A stretch of 64,000 bases of DNA from Fibrobacteria bacterium (GTDB lineage Bacteria > Fibrobacterota > Fibrobacteria > UBA11236 > JADFYW01): the NCBI GenBank assembly GCA_050294405.1, contig JBNKOC010000028.1, positions 256,001 through 320,000 on the forward strand. The letters run 5' to 3'. Under the pieces are notes generated by a model. It saw nothing but the letters and a program-made list of their open reading frames with translations, was not told the origin of the DNA and made no database searches. Of the stretch, positions 38,700 through 47,282 are shown one piece after another (the first letter of the stretch is position 1; every line of letters starts with the position of its first letter). A program made the position numbers and the translations under genes.

Positions 38700-39692
38700 C
38701 TAAGCCAATTGGGCTTTATAGCTATGAATACTTTCCCAACCAGATTCAGGAATGCTGGCTCCCATAACCTGGACCACTTCGCTTGCAACTTTAGCGCCCA
38801 GGTTGGCGGCATTGGCTATGTTCATGTCTTGAGTAAGGCCGTACAAAAATCCAGCGGCCCATAAATCCCCAGCTCCTGTGGTATCCAGGGCTTTTACTTT
38901 ATTGGCTTCGGTAACATGGGTTTTTCCATTGTGAGAAATCAGGGCGCCTCGGGCTCCCAATTTGACTACCGCAATTTCGGCCAAATCTTTTAGCTGTGTT
39001 AAAGCCTCTTCTTCCTCTTTTCCGGTAAAAGCTTTGGCCTCATCTTCATTGGCAATTAAAATGTCCACATGCTCGGGAATAATCTGATTTACATAATCGC
39101 GAGTGGCGTTAACCACTTCAAAAGAGGCCAGGTCAAGACTGAGTTTGGCTTTGGAATTGCGTTTAATATCCAGAATTTTTTCAACTACAGGTTGGTTAAA
39201 TAAAAGGTAACCCTCTAAATGAATAATCCCTGCCTTGGCAAAATCTTCTTCCACTATATCATCAGCAGATAACATGGCTGCAGCACCTAAAAAGGTAAAC
39301 ATAGTGCGCTGGGCATCAGGTGTAACTACAGACAAAACTCTGCCTGTGGATGTATCAGAATTTGCAAGACTGGTTTTAACCCCTGACGCATCCATTCCTT
39401 TTTTAAATATTTCAAAGAAAGAATCTTCCCCGCAGCGTCCCACCATATGGGCTTTTCCACCAAGTTTACTTACTCCAACCAAGGTATTGCAGGCTGAACC
39501 TCCGGGAACCACTTTGGCCTGGTTAGAAGAGTTGGAAAGGCTGGATTCAATATGCTCTTTTTCTACCAGAGTCATTCCTCCTTTTTCGGAACCCATTTGT
39601 TTTAAAAAATCATCAGATTCCTCTAATATTAAATCCACTAAAGCAGCGCCGGCTCCAACCACTAAATCTGAAGATAAGTTGTATTGACTCAT
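38700..39692 (-). CDS. PfkB-family kinase (adenosine kinase-like)
   Basis: KGGMTLV, PGGSACN, TPDAQRTMFTFLGA, ANEDEA, DTTGAGD. Confidence 0.9.
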   Translation of the reverse strand: MSQYNLSSDLVVGAGAALVDLILEESDDFLKQMGSEKGGMTLVEKEHIESSLSNSSNQAKVVPGGSACNTLVGVSKLGGKAHMVGRCGEDSFFEIFKKGMDASGVKTSLANSDTSTGRVLSVVTPDAQRTMFTFLGAAAMLSADDIVEEDFAKAGIIHLEGYLLFNQPVVEKILDIKRNSKAKLSLDLASFEVVNATRDYVNQIIPEHVDILIANEDEAKAFTGKEEEEALTQLKDLAEIAVVKLGARGALISHNGKTHVTEANKVKALDTTGAGDLWAAGFLYGLTQDMNIANAANLGAKVASEVVQVMGASIPESGWESIHSYKAQLA

Positions 39693-39783
39693 TTTATATA
39701 CTCCTGAAAACTATCCAAATCCCTGTTCAAAAACTCTTAAAATTGGGTTTTATAAACTGTAAAAAATACTACTCTTAAAACAA

Positions 39784-40188
39784 ATGGAACAAAGCCATTT
39801 ATTTAAAAAACTCATTGTTACCGAAGACGATAAAGTCCTCCAGCGCTTTTATTCTCAGGCATTGGCAGACCTATGCCAGGAACTAAACGTTGTGGAAAGC
39901 CCTCAAAAAGCAGTGGAAGCCATGCACAATGGAGCCTGTGATTTTTTAATTACCGATTTGAAATTAAATGAAACAAATGGTCTTGAAGTGGTGGAAAAAG
40001 CGATTTCAAAAAATGCTAACATTAAAATTTTGGTGGCTTCGGGCTATGTTACCGATCAGGAATACCACGATAAAATGCAAAACATTCCTCAAATAAAAGG
40101 CTATTTGCAAAAGCCTTTTACCTTGGAAGAGCTTATTCAAAAAATAAAATCTATTGCTGGCGTTTCCGATAATTCTCAATATCAATAA
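39784..40188 (+). CDS. Stand-alone response regulator receiver domain
   Basis: EDD acidic pocket, ITDLKL phosphoacceptor Asp, SGY and QKPF motifs; no output domain. Confidence 0.88.
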   Translation: MEQSHLFKKLIVTEDDKVLQRFYSQALADLCQELNVVESPQKAVEAMHNGACDFLITDLKLNETNGLEVVEKAISKNANIKILVASGYVTDQEYHDKMQNIPQIKGYLQKPFTLEELIQKIKSIAGVSDNSQYQ

Positions 40189-40987
40189 TATTATCGCGAT
40201 TCTTTTTTTTGTTTTTGCTGGCCTTTTCCAAAATTTTCTTTTCTTGCTTGGTTAGGGATTCCATACCTTGTTTGGAAATTTTTTCCAAAATGGGATCAAT
40301 ATCCACCTCCATGTCCACGTCTTTGCTTTTCCATTTTTCAGTGGGCATTTTAAACCCCTGAAATTTTTTCTCGCCCAAGAAGCCGAAAAAATTACCAGAT
40401 TGGAAAAAACGAAAATACAAAAAGCCGTATAAGGCCCCTCCCAAATGGGTGATGTGAGCTGTGTAAGTGTCGCGGTTTAGGAATAACAAATCTATACCAA
40501 TTAAAAAGGCTACCAGCCATTTTGCCTTAACGGGAAATAAGCCCCAAATTAAAAGCTCCCGATTGGGGTAGTACATGGCATAGACCACTAACACCGCAAA
40601 AATAGCTCCGCTGGCTCCAACCACGTGGGAATAGCGGGACAGAGCCAGGCTGTATAATACCGTGCATACCCCTGCGAAAAAGCCTGCGCTTAAATACAGG
40701 TTTAAGAATTTTTTCTCGCCAATTTCCGAAATCATGGTGAGCCCAAATATCCACAACATGAGCATGTTAAATAATATGTGGAATACCCCATTAATATCGT
40801 GCAGGAACATGTAGCTGAATATCCGCCATAGTTCAAAACTATGAGTGGCGGTGAAGGTGTTTAAGCCAAAATAGTGGGATAAATAATGTCCGTTGCTAAG
40901 TACATCCAGCACAAAAACAGCAACATTAATGATTAATAAAACTTTAAGGATTTTTGGGGTTGTGGGTGGAGTGGAACCAAAAATCAT
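40151..40987 (-). CDS. Rhomboid family intramembrane serine protease with C-terminal helical extension
   Basis: WRIFSYMFLH, HILFNM, GASG and HLGG motifs; likely start ATG 40987. Confidence 0.9.
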   Translation of the reverse strand: MIFGSTPPTTPKILKVLLIINVAVFVLDVLSNGHYLSHYFGLNTFTATHSFELWRIFSYMFLHDINGVFHILFNMLMLWIFGLTMISEIGEKKFLNLYLSAGFFAGVCTVLYSLALSRYSHVVGASGAIFAVLVVYAMYYPNRELLIWGLFPVKAKWLVAFLIGIDLLFLNRDTYTAHITHLGGALYGFLYFRFFQSGNFFGFLGEKKFQGFKMPTEKWKSKDVDMEVDIDPILEKISKQGMESLTKQEKKILEKASKNKKKNRDNIIDIENYRKRQQ

Positions 40988-40991
40988 AAGA

Positions 40992-41474
40992 TTACTTTTG
41001 AGGAAATTTTTGCTGTAAATATTTTTCAACGCTAGCTGGAACAAACTCAGAAACAGGGCCGCCCATTTCCGCAATTTCCCGTACGATGCTGCTATTGAGG
41101 TAGGTAAAAGTGTCTTTTGGCATTAGATATACGGTTTCGCAATTGGGATTTAATTTTTTGTTCATAAGCGCCATTTGAAATTCGTATTCAAAATCACTTA
41201 CGGCGCGAAGACCTCTGATAATCACTTTAGCTTTATGTTGGGATAAATAATCCACAGTAAGCCCTTCAAAAATAGAAACACTTACATTGGCCCAATCCTT
41301 AACACATTCTTCTATCATGGATTTGCGCTCTTCGGCGGTAAACAAAGTGTTTTTTTTGATATTATGCCCTACAATCACGTCCACTGTTTCAAAAAGTTGA
41401 GAAGATCGTTGAATCACATCTAAGTGCCCTTTGGTGATGGGGTCAAATGTGCCTGGATAAATTGCTTTTGCCAT
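40992..41474 (-). CDS. coaD: Phosphopantetheine adenylyltransferase
   Basis: YPGTFDPITKGH, RGLRAVSDFEYE, SSIVREIA. Confidence 0.97.
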   Translation of the reverse strand: MAKAIYPGTFDPITKGHLDVIQRSSQLFETVDVIVGHNIKKNTLFTAEERKSMIEECVKDWANVSVSIFEGLTVDYLSQHKAKVIIRGLRAVSDFEYEFQMALMNKKLNPNCETVYLMPKDTFTYLNSSIVREIAEMGGPVSEFVPASVEKYLQQKFPQK

Positions 41475-41477
41475 GGT

Positions 41478-42011
41478 TTAAGTATAAAAAATTGCCAAAC
41501 CGCTTTCTCCGTAATTTTTTATTTCACTGGGAGGCTTTACCCAGTTTGGCTGATTCCGGGTTGGAAATTGCACCAAAAAGACAGCATCTTTTGCAAGAAG
41601 CGCAGGTGCCAGGGTTAATATTTTTGAATAATCCATATCAAAGGGTGGGTCAGCAAATATAATATCAAATTTTAGGGAGGAGTTCTTGTTCTGCAAGCAA
41701 AAATCTGCACTGTCTTGTTGCTTGTAATGCAGTTTTTGCTGGGGGAATTTGGTCCCGTTTTCCCTCAACATTTGGAAAGCCTTTTTTTGAATTTCGACTA
41801 AATAGACCGAACTGGCCCCTTCGCTTAAGGCCTCAAAGCCCACAGCCCCCGTTCCTGCATATAGATCTAAAAACCGGGCTCCATTAACAGAACCACGCAA
41901 AATATTAAAAATGGCGGCTCGTAATTTGGCGGATGTGGGTCTGGTGTTTTTGTCGGGAGGGGATTTTAGCTTGTAACCTTTGAATTCACCCCCAGCAATG
42001 TATAAGGACAT
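41478..42011 (-). CDS. rsmD: 16S rRNA m2G966 methyltransferase
   Basis: RPTSAKLRAAIFN, LDLYAGTGAVGFEALS, DPPF; rsmD-coaD synteny. Confidence 0.92.
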   Translation of the reverse strand: MSLYIAGGEFKGYKLKSPPDKNTRPTSAKLRAAIFNILRGSVNGARFLDLYAGTGAVGFEALSEGASSVYLVEIQKKAFQMLRENGTKFPQQKLHYKQQDSADFCLQNKNSSLKFDIIFADPPFDMDYSKILTLAPALLAKDAVFLVQFPTRNQPNWVKPPSEIKNYGESGLAIFYT

Positions 42012-42024
42012 GGGGCAAATATAT

Positions 42025-42945
42025 TTATTTTACATAAAGAACCACATCCATGTTGGCAGCCATGGTGCCCTGCTGGGTAGCCTTAAGTGAGAATTTTAAA
42101 ATCCCCACATTGGATCGGGCCAAATGTAGTTTGTTTACAAAATTTTGGAATTCGCCATAATCGCAATTGGGGTCAGAGGCTTGGTAAATATAACGCTTGT
42201 AGCTGCCTAAATTGGATTTAGATTTGAGTTTGAGGTTGTCGAAATCAAGGCCGGAACCTTTAGCCACTTCTTTAAAACTGGACAGGTTTTTATTTAACTC
42301 GTCCAGTTTAATGCTGCGGTTGTCTTTGGATTTTGGAGCTGAAAGTTTTATGTGGCCGTAAAGGCTGAATTCTATTCCTAAATCTTTGGTTTCCAATGGC
42401 TTTACCATACCCGGTTTGGCGGATATGTATGGAACGCTCGTGAGCTTGTCTTTAAAGCTGTTGAAGGCTGGCTTGCCTTCCGCCATACCGTGGATATACA
42501 AATCCCCGGGAGTGGTTAAAATCAAATCCGTAAATCCAATATCCGGGGATGTTATGCTCTTAACATGGGCAAGGGTTTTTTTACATACGGCTAATTGAAA
42601 TTCAATTTTAGATGCCGGATTTAAATCTTTGTAAGTGGCGACTCTCGGTTTTTGCCGTTGCTCGTTTTCAATTTCTTTAACAATTTCTTCTACCGATTGA
42701 GAGATGACAACATCGGGTTTATATTCGGGTTTAGGTGGGATTGGTCCTTTGGACTGCAACGGCAATTGAGGGGCCGAAGGTTCGGGTGTGTACAAGCCTC
42801 TAACATAATATCCCACAATCACCGCAGTGGCAATGGCCACAGGTATTACAACTACAGCGGCTTTTTTACCTGAGGAGGTTTTTTCAGGGGGAAAGTATTC
42901 AGCTTCCACCTCTACCAAATCCTCCAACAGATTGAGCTTGATCAT
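42025..42945 (-). CDS. Membrane protein, probable PilN/PilO-like alignment component (possible fusion)
   Basis: PilN-type MIKLNLL N-terminus, one TM helix, Pro-rich linker, two alpha/beta periplasmic domains; ATGA overlap with pilM. Confidence 0.55.
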   Translation of the reverse strand: MIKLNLLEDLVEVEAEYFPPEKTSSGKKAAVVVIPVAIATAVIVGYYVRGLYTPEPSAPQLPLQSKGPIPPKPEYKPDVVISQSVEEIVKEIENEQRQKPRVATYKDLNPASKIEFQLAVCKKTLAHVKSITSPDIGFTDLILTTPGDLYIHGMAEGKPAFNSFKDKLTSVPYISAKPGMVKPLETKDLGIEFSLYGHIKLSAPKSKDNRSIKLDELNKNLSSFKEVAKGSGLDFDNLKLKSKSNLGSYKRYIYQASDPNCDYGEFQNFVNKLHLARSNVGILKFSLKATQQGTMAANMDVVLYVK

Positions 42946-43892
42946 GACTTATCCCCCGCAAATCGAAGGGCCAGCCCAAGGGCTGTGGCGCACTGGGGAG
43001 CTGTTTCTAAAACCTTGTCCGCATATTCCGGATCATAGGGAAAATCTATGGATTTAAAGGCGTTCAACTTTTCTATTTCAATCTCAAATTCCTTTTCCAA
43101 CTCCTGGGAAAAATCAAAGTCCGCAGCCAGGTCTCCACAAAAATATACCTTATCAGGAACAACTGGACTGCCTTTTTCCATAAAGCCAGACTCAACCAAA
43201 ATTTTAATTTTGGGAACCATAACATTGATGATTTCTTGCCTTTCCTCCAACTCAGCTGCCACATATTCCTCGGGCATTCTTAAGCTTTCCATTTGCAGGA
43301 ATTGCCCGTTTTTGGTGTATATACATAATATGCTGTTGAGGTCTGCCTTAAGAAGAATGGTTTTTTTATCCAGATGTTCTGGATAATTAGCTTCAAAAGC
43401 GTTTATAGTGGCAGCAACATCAATATCTAAAACCGTTAGAGGAATATGGGGCCCACCGTCCAGAATGCGGACCATTTTTTCCACTTCAGCCTTGCGAAAA
43501 GCAGTGGCTATATATGCTGGATTTTCCTTAGTGGATTCAGAACTTGGGCTGTAGTCCAGGCTATAATGGCTAAGGGGGTCGTTTAAATATTGTTCCAGCT
43601 CCCATTTGATGGCTTCGCGGATATTTTTTTCATCACTAGGCAAAGCGATGTTGCGCAATACCGAAAACTCTCCGCTTAGAGCAGCCACGATTTCGGTTTT
43701 ATTGGCCTGTTTTTTTTCTTCCAGCCAGGCGAAAATTTTTTTCTTTAATTCTTTTTCGTTTTTCCATTCGGAAGGTTCGATAAATAATTTAGCCAGGGTT
43801 ATGACTTGTTTTTTAACCCGCGAATATTCCACCAGCTTGATAACGGACTTACCAACATCCAATCCCAATATATTTGCTTTTTTCTTAAACAT
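42942..43892 (-). CDS. pilM: Type IV pilus assembly protein PilM (actin-like)
   Basis: LGLDVGKSVIKLVE, AIKWELEQYL, LDIDVAA, ATALGLALR. Confidence 0.82.
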   Translation of the reverse strand: MFKKKANILGLDVGKSVIKLVEYSRVKKQVITLAKLFIEPSEWKNEKELKKKIFAWLEEKKQANKTEIVAALSGEFSVLRNIALPSDEKNIREAIKWELEQYLNDPLSHYSLDYSPSSESTKENPAYIATAFRKAEVEKMVRILDGGPHIPLTVLDIDVAATINAFEANYPEHLDKKTILLKADLNSILCIYTKNGQFLQMESLRMPEEYVAAELEERQEIINVMVPKIKILVESGFMEKGSPVVPDKVYFCGDLAADFDFSQELEKEFEIEIEKLNAFKSIDFPYDPEYADKVLETAPQCATALGLALRFAGDKS

Positions 43893-43918
43893 TAATCCTG
43901 AGGGGAAAAAGGCCTGAG

Positions 43919-44500
43919 CTATTTCGCTGCTGGCAAAAGTTCCGCCTGTTCTAAAATCTTGGCTAATTTTTTAGGGCCAATTCCTTTCACTTTTAACAAA
44001 TCACTTTCTGACGAAAAAGAGCCATTTTGTGCACGGTATTTTAAAATGGCGCTCGCCAGCACGGGACCAATTCCTTTGATTTTTTCTAATTGTGCTTTAT
44101 CTGCCTTATTTAAATCAATCTTTTTACTTTTATTTTTGCTGAAATTTGGGTTATTTGTGTTTTTATCAGCAATATAAGTTTTAGAGGGCTGTTTTTCCCC
44201 ATCTATTTTCTTTGCACTGTCCTTTTCCGTAGACTCTGCAAGGGCTGCTTTCGTTTCCAAAATTTGAGTTTGGCCGGGCTCTTTATTTTTGCCACTGGTT
44301 TTTATCTGTTTTTGAGAAGATTTGAGTTCATGTGCGTTTGCCTCGGCCAATCTTTTTTTTGCCAACATAGGCTTTTTATCTAGGACCGGGGTTTCGACTT
44401 GGAATTTAGGCAGCCATTTGGCAACAAGTCCCACCAGCAATAGGGCAGCTACCACAGCCAGAATTTTTTTTTCGCCGGAGGAAAGCCAGCCCAGTTTCAT
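43919..44500 (-). CDS. comEA: ComEA-family helix-hairpin-helix DNA-binding protein
   Basis: N-terminal TM, low-complexity linker, IDLNKAD..QLEKIKGIGPVLA...LLKVKGIGPK. Confidence 0.88.
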   Translation of the reverse strand: MKLGWLSSGEKKILAVVAALLLVGLVAKWLPKFQVETPVLDKKPMLAKKRLAEANAHELKSSQKQIKTSGKNKEPGQTQILETKAALAESTEKDSAKKIDGEKQPSKTYIADKNTNNPNFSKNKSKKIDLNKADKAQLEKIKGIGPVLASAILKYRAQNGSFSSESDLLKVKGIGPKKLAKILEQAELLPAAK

Positions 44501-44505
44501 AAAAT

Positions 44506-46179
44506 TTATTTAGATAAGGTAGCCTGTTGGCTTCGGCTTTTTTCGGTCTGGTATTCCATGGCGCTTTTAACCAACTCGGCAAACATGGGCGATGGGGTCT
44601 TGAGGCTGGAAGTGAGCTCGGGGTGGAATTGAGATCCCATAAAAAAGCGATGATCTTTTAATTCCAAAATTTGCATAATCTGTTGGTTTTGAGCTCTTCC
44701 AGAAAAAACCAGTCCGTTTTTTTCAAGAATATCGATGTAATCTGGATTTACTTCATAGCGATGGCGAAAACGCTGACGCACTGATTTTTGATTTCCAAAA
44801 ATATGCTGGGCGCGGCTGCCTTCTTTGAGAATAACATCGTGCCCGCCTAAACGCATGGTTCCACCCTTTTGAAAAATCTTCTCTTGTTCGGGCAAAATTT
44901 TAACCACTGGGTGATTGAGCTTAATCTTTTCATCTTCCACTTCGGCCGTGTTGGCCCCGGTAAGGCCGCACATATTACGGGCATATTCCACAACGGCTAA
45001 CTGCATTCCGTAACAAATGCCTAAATAGGGTATGTTATTAACTCTGGCGTAATGGATAATGTTGATTTTCCCCTCAATGCCTCTGATACCAAAGCCGCCA
45101 GGTACTATTATTCCGTCCACATCTTTTAGCATTTCCTCAATTTTATTGGGGTCGATTTCGGCTTTTGAGGATTCAATCCATTTTATTTCCACCTTGCAGT
45201 CGTAATGGCCTTCGCAATGGGTAAGGGCTTCCACAATAGACGCATAACTGTCTTCCAGAGCCGTGTATTTTCCGCAAAGGGCAATGGTTACTATTTGGCG
45301 GGGTGTTTTCAAATTTCTTTTAATGGTGTGCACCCAACTGGTCCATTGGGCAAGTTTAGGGGGAGAGTAAATGCCCAGTTTTGTGTGCAACAGCTCTGTT
45401 AAGCCTTCTCTTTCATAAATAAGAGGAATTTCGTAAACGCTTTCCACATCCACTCCGGAAATTACCGCGTCGGGATGTATGTTACAGTAAGAAGCTACTT
45501 TTTCTTTAATGCCCCGGGTTAAAAATTCCTGGCAACGACCGATAATAATATCCGGTTCAATACCCATTTCGTTAAGCTGCCTTACGGACATTTGAGTGGG
45601 TTTGGATTTTTGTTCTCCTACGCCGCTGGGAACGGGAATATAAGTGAGGTGAATGTTAATAATGTTGTTTTCGCCTAAATCCCGCTTTAATTGGCGTAAA
45701 CTTTCAATATAAAATTGGTTCTCCAAATCACCCACTGTACCGCCCACTTCTATAATCAATACATCGGGTTTTTCCTCTTGTTCAATTTGGTAAAACCATT
45801 TTTTAATAACTTCGGTAACATGGGGGATAAACTGTACGGTTTTTCCTAAATAATCTCCGCGCCTTTCTTTATCCAGGATTTTTTTAAACACCTTCCCCAT
45901 AGTAAGGTTCCAGTTGCTTTTTGCTTGAATGTTAAGGAAGCGCTCGTAGTGGCCAAAATCCATATCCACTTCGCCGCCATCATCCAGCACAAAAACCTCA
46001 CCATGTTCAATGGGGTTCATTGTACCCGGATCGGTGTTTAAATAACCATCGCATTTAATGGGTACAACTTTCAGCCTATCGGATAATAAATTTCCAATGG
46101 AGGCTGTGGCAATACCTTTTCCCAAGCCGGATATAACTCCGCCAGTAACAACAATATACTTAGTAGGCCTGTTTTCCAT
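44506..46179 (-). CDS. pyrG: CTP synthase
   Basis: TGGVISGLGKG, GHYERF, EVGGTVGD, KSKPTQ, PGGFG, GICYGMQ, RHRYE, QFHPE. Confidence 0.97.
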   Translation of the reverse strand: MENRPTKYIVVTGGVISGLGKGIATASIGNLLSDRLKVVPIKCDGYLNTDPGTMNPIEHGEVFVLDDGGEVDMDFGHYERFLNIQAKSNWNLTMGKVFKKILDKERRGDYLGKTVQFIPHVTEVIKKWFYQIEQEEKPDVLIIEVGGTVGDLENQFYIESLRQLKRDLGENNIINIHLTYIPVPSGVGEQKSKPTQMSVRQLNEMGIEPDIIIGRCQEFLTRGIKEKVASYCNIHPDAVISGVDVESVYEIPLIYEREGLTELLHTKLGIYSPPKLAQWTSWVHTIKRNLKTPRQIVTIALCGKYTALEDSYASIVEALTHCEGHYDCKVEIKWIESSKAEIDPNKIEEMLKDVDGIIVPGGFGIRGIEGKINIIHYARVNNIPYLGICYGMQLAVVEYARNMCGLTGANTAEVEDEKIKLNHPVVKILPEQEKIFQKGGTMRLGGHDVILKEGSRAQHIFGNQKSVRQRFRHRYEVNPDYIDILEKNGLVFSGRAQNQQIMQILELKDHRFFMGSQFHPELTSSLKTPSPMFAELVKSAMEYQTEKSRSQQATLSK

Positions 46180-46249
46180 GGAAATCCCAATATCTAAAAA
46201 TCAAAATATACCTTTTCGCCCGCTTACATGGAGCGATTTCAACTTACCA

Positions 46250-46948
46250 TTAAACAATTTTAGTTAAATCCTCGACCACGTCTACTGATTGGCTTTGCTT
46301 TTTTGCCCATCGGGCCAGAGTTCTTGGCAGAGGCCAAATTCGAAGCATTTCATGAGATTCCTCAATCTCCCGTTTGGATGGGCCAGCCTTTAAATATTTG
46401 TGCAAAAAGTTTTTGGTGTAACCGTAAATGCCAGCTTGTGTGGCCGGTTTTCCAATCTGGTCGGGGGAACTGGTACTGGATATCTCCCGCTTATAGTCCA
46501 GCACATAATCTTTTGGGTCCAGAATAACTTTAACCCGGTTAGGATTTTTTAAGATGTCAGGGGTAGGGTTGCGGTGAACCAGAATTTGCACTTCGCAAAG
46601 AGCCGGATTTAAGTTTTTTGAGAAAGAAGTTAATTCCTCCACTGGAAAAAAAGGCTCATCTCCCTGCAGGTTTACAATAAGCTCAGATTTTAACAAATGA
46701 CAATATTGGGCTATTCGCTCTGTTCCGTTTAAAGCGCTGCCTGTAATTATTATCCTCACACCAAGTCCTTTTAATGCCTGAGAAATTTCCACCGAATCGG
46801 TCATGCAAACAATCTCATTAAAGCAATTTGCTTCAATGGCTCTGGAAACAGTATGAAAAATTAAGGCTTTACCCTTAATGGGGTGCAGCAACTTTTTTGG
46901 AAAACGACTGGAATTTACCCTTGCAGGTATAACGCAGCTTAGGTCCAT
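46250..46948 (-). CDS. kdsB: 3-deoxy-manno-octulosonate cytidylyltransferase (CMP-Kdo synthetase)
   Basis: VIPAR..SSRFPKK, GTERI, VNLQGDEP, VDVVEDL; next to pyrG. Confidence 0.85.
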   Translation of the reverse strand: MDLSCVIPARVNSSRFPKKLLHPIKGKALIFHTVSRAIEANCFNEIVCMTDSVEISQALKGLGVRIIITGSALNGTERIAQYCHLLKSELIVNLQGDEPFFPVEELTSFSKNLNPALCEVQILVHRNPTPDILKNPNRVKVILDPKDYVLDYKREISSTSSPDQIGKPATQAGIYGYTKNFLHKYLKAGPSKREIEESHEMLRIWPLPRTLARWAKKQSQSVDVVEDLTKIV

Positions 46949-46952
46949 AACA

Positions 46953-47240
46953 TTATTTTACAGTTTTGGGAATTGAAAAATGTCCGCTTTGCTTGGATGG
47001 GGCATTTTTAAAAGCTTGCTCGGCAGAAAGTGTTTCGCCAGGAACATCGGACCGCAGAGGTTTTTCACTTTCGTCAACCCTCATCATGGGTTCCACTCCC
47101 TCGGTGTCAATGTCTTTTAGTTTATCTAAGTATTCCACAAAATTTTCCATGGATGTGCGAATTTCTTCTGATTCCTGCTCCGATAAATTCAGTCGAGCCA
47201 GCTTGGCAATTTTTTGAAATTCTTCTTTTGATATTTCCAT
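46953..47240 (-). CDS. gatC: Asp/Glu-tRNA amidotransferase subunit C
   Basis: KIAKLARLNL, DTEGVEP, LRSD, NAP, FSIPK. Confidence 0.92.
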   Translation of the reverse strand: MEISKEEFQKIAKLARLNLSEQESEEIRTSMENFVEYLDKLKDIDTEGVEPMMRVDESEKPLRSDVPGETLSAEQAFKNAPSKQSGHFSIPKTVK

Positions 47241-47282
47241 AACTATCCTGTGTTTCTTCTTAAATGTAAAATAGCTGTTCCC

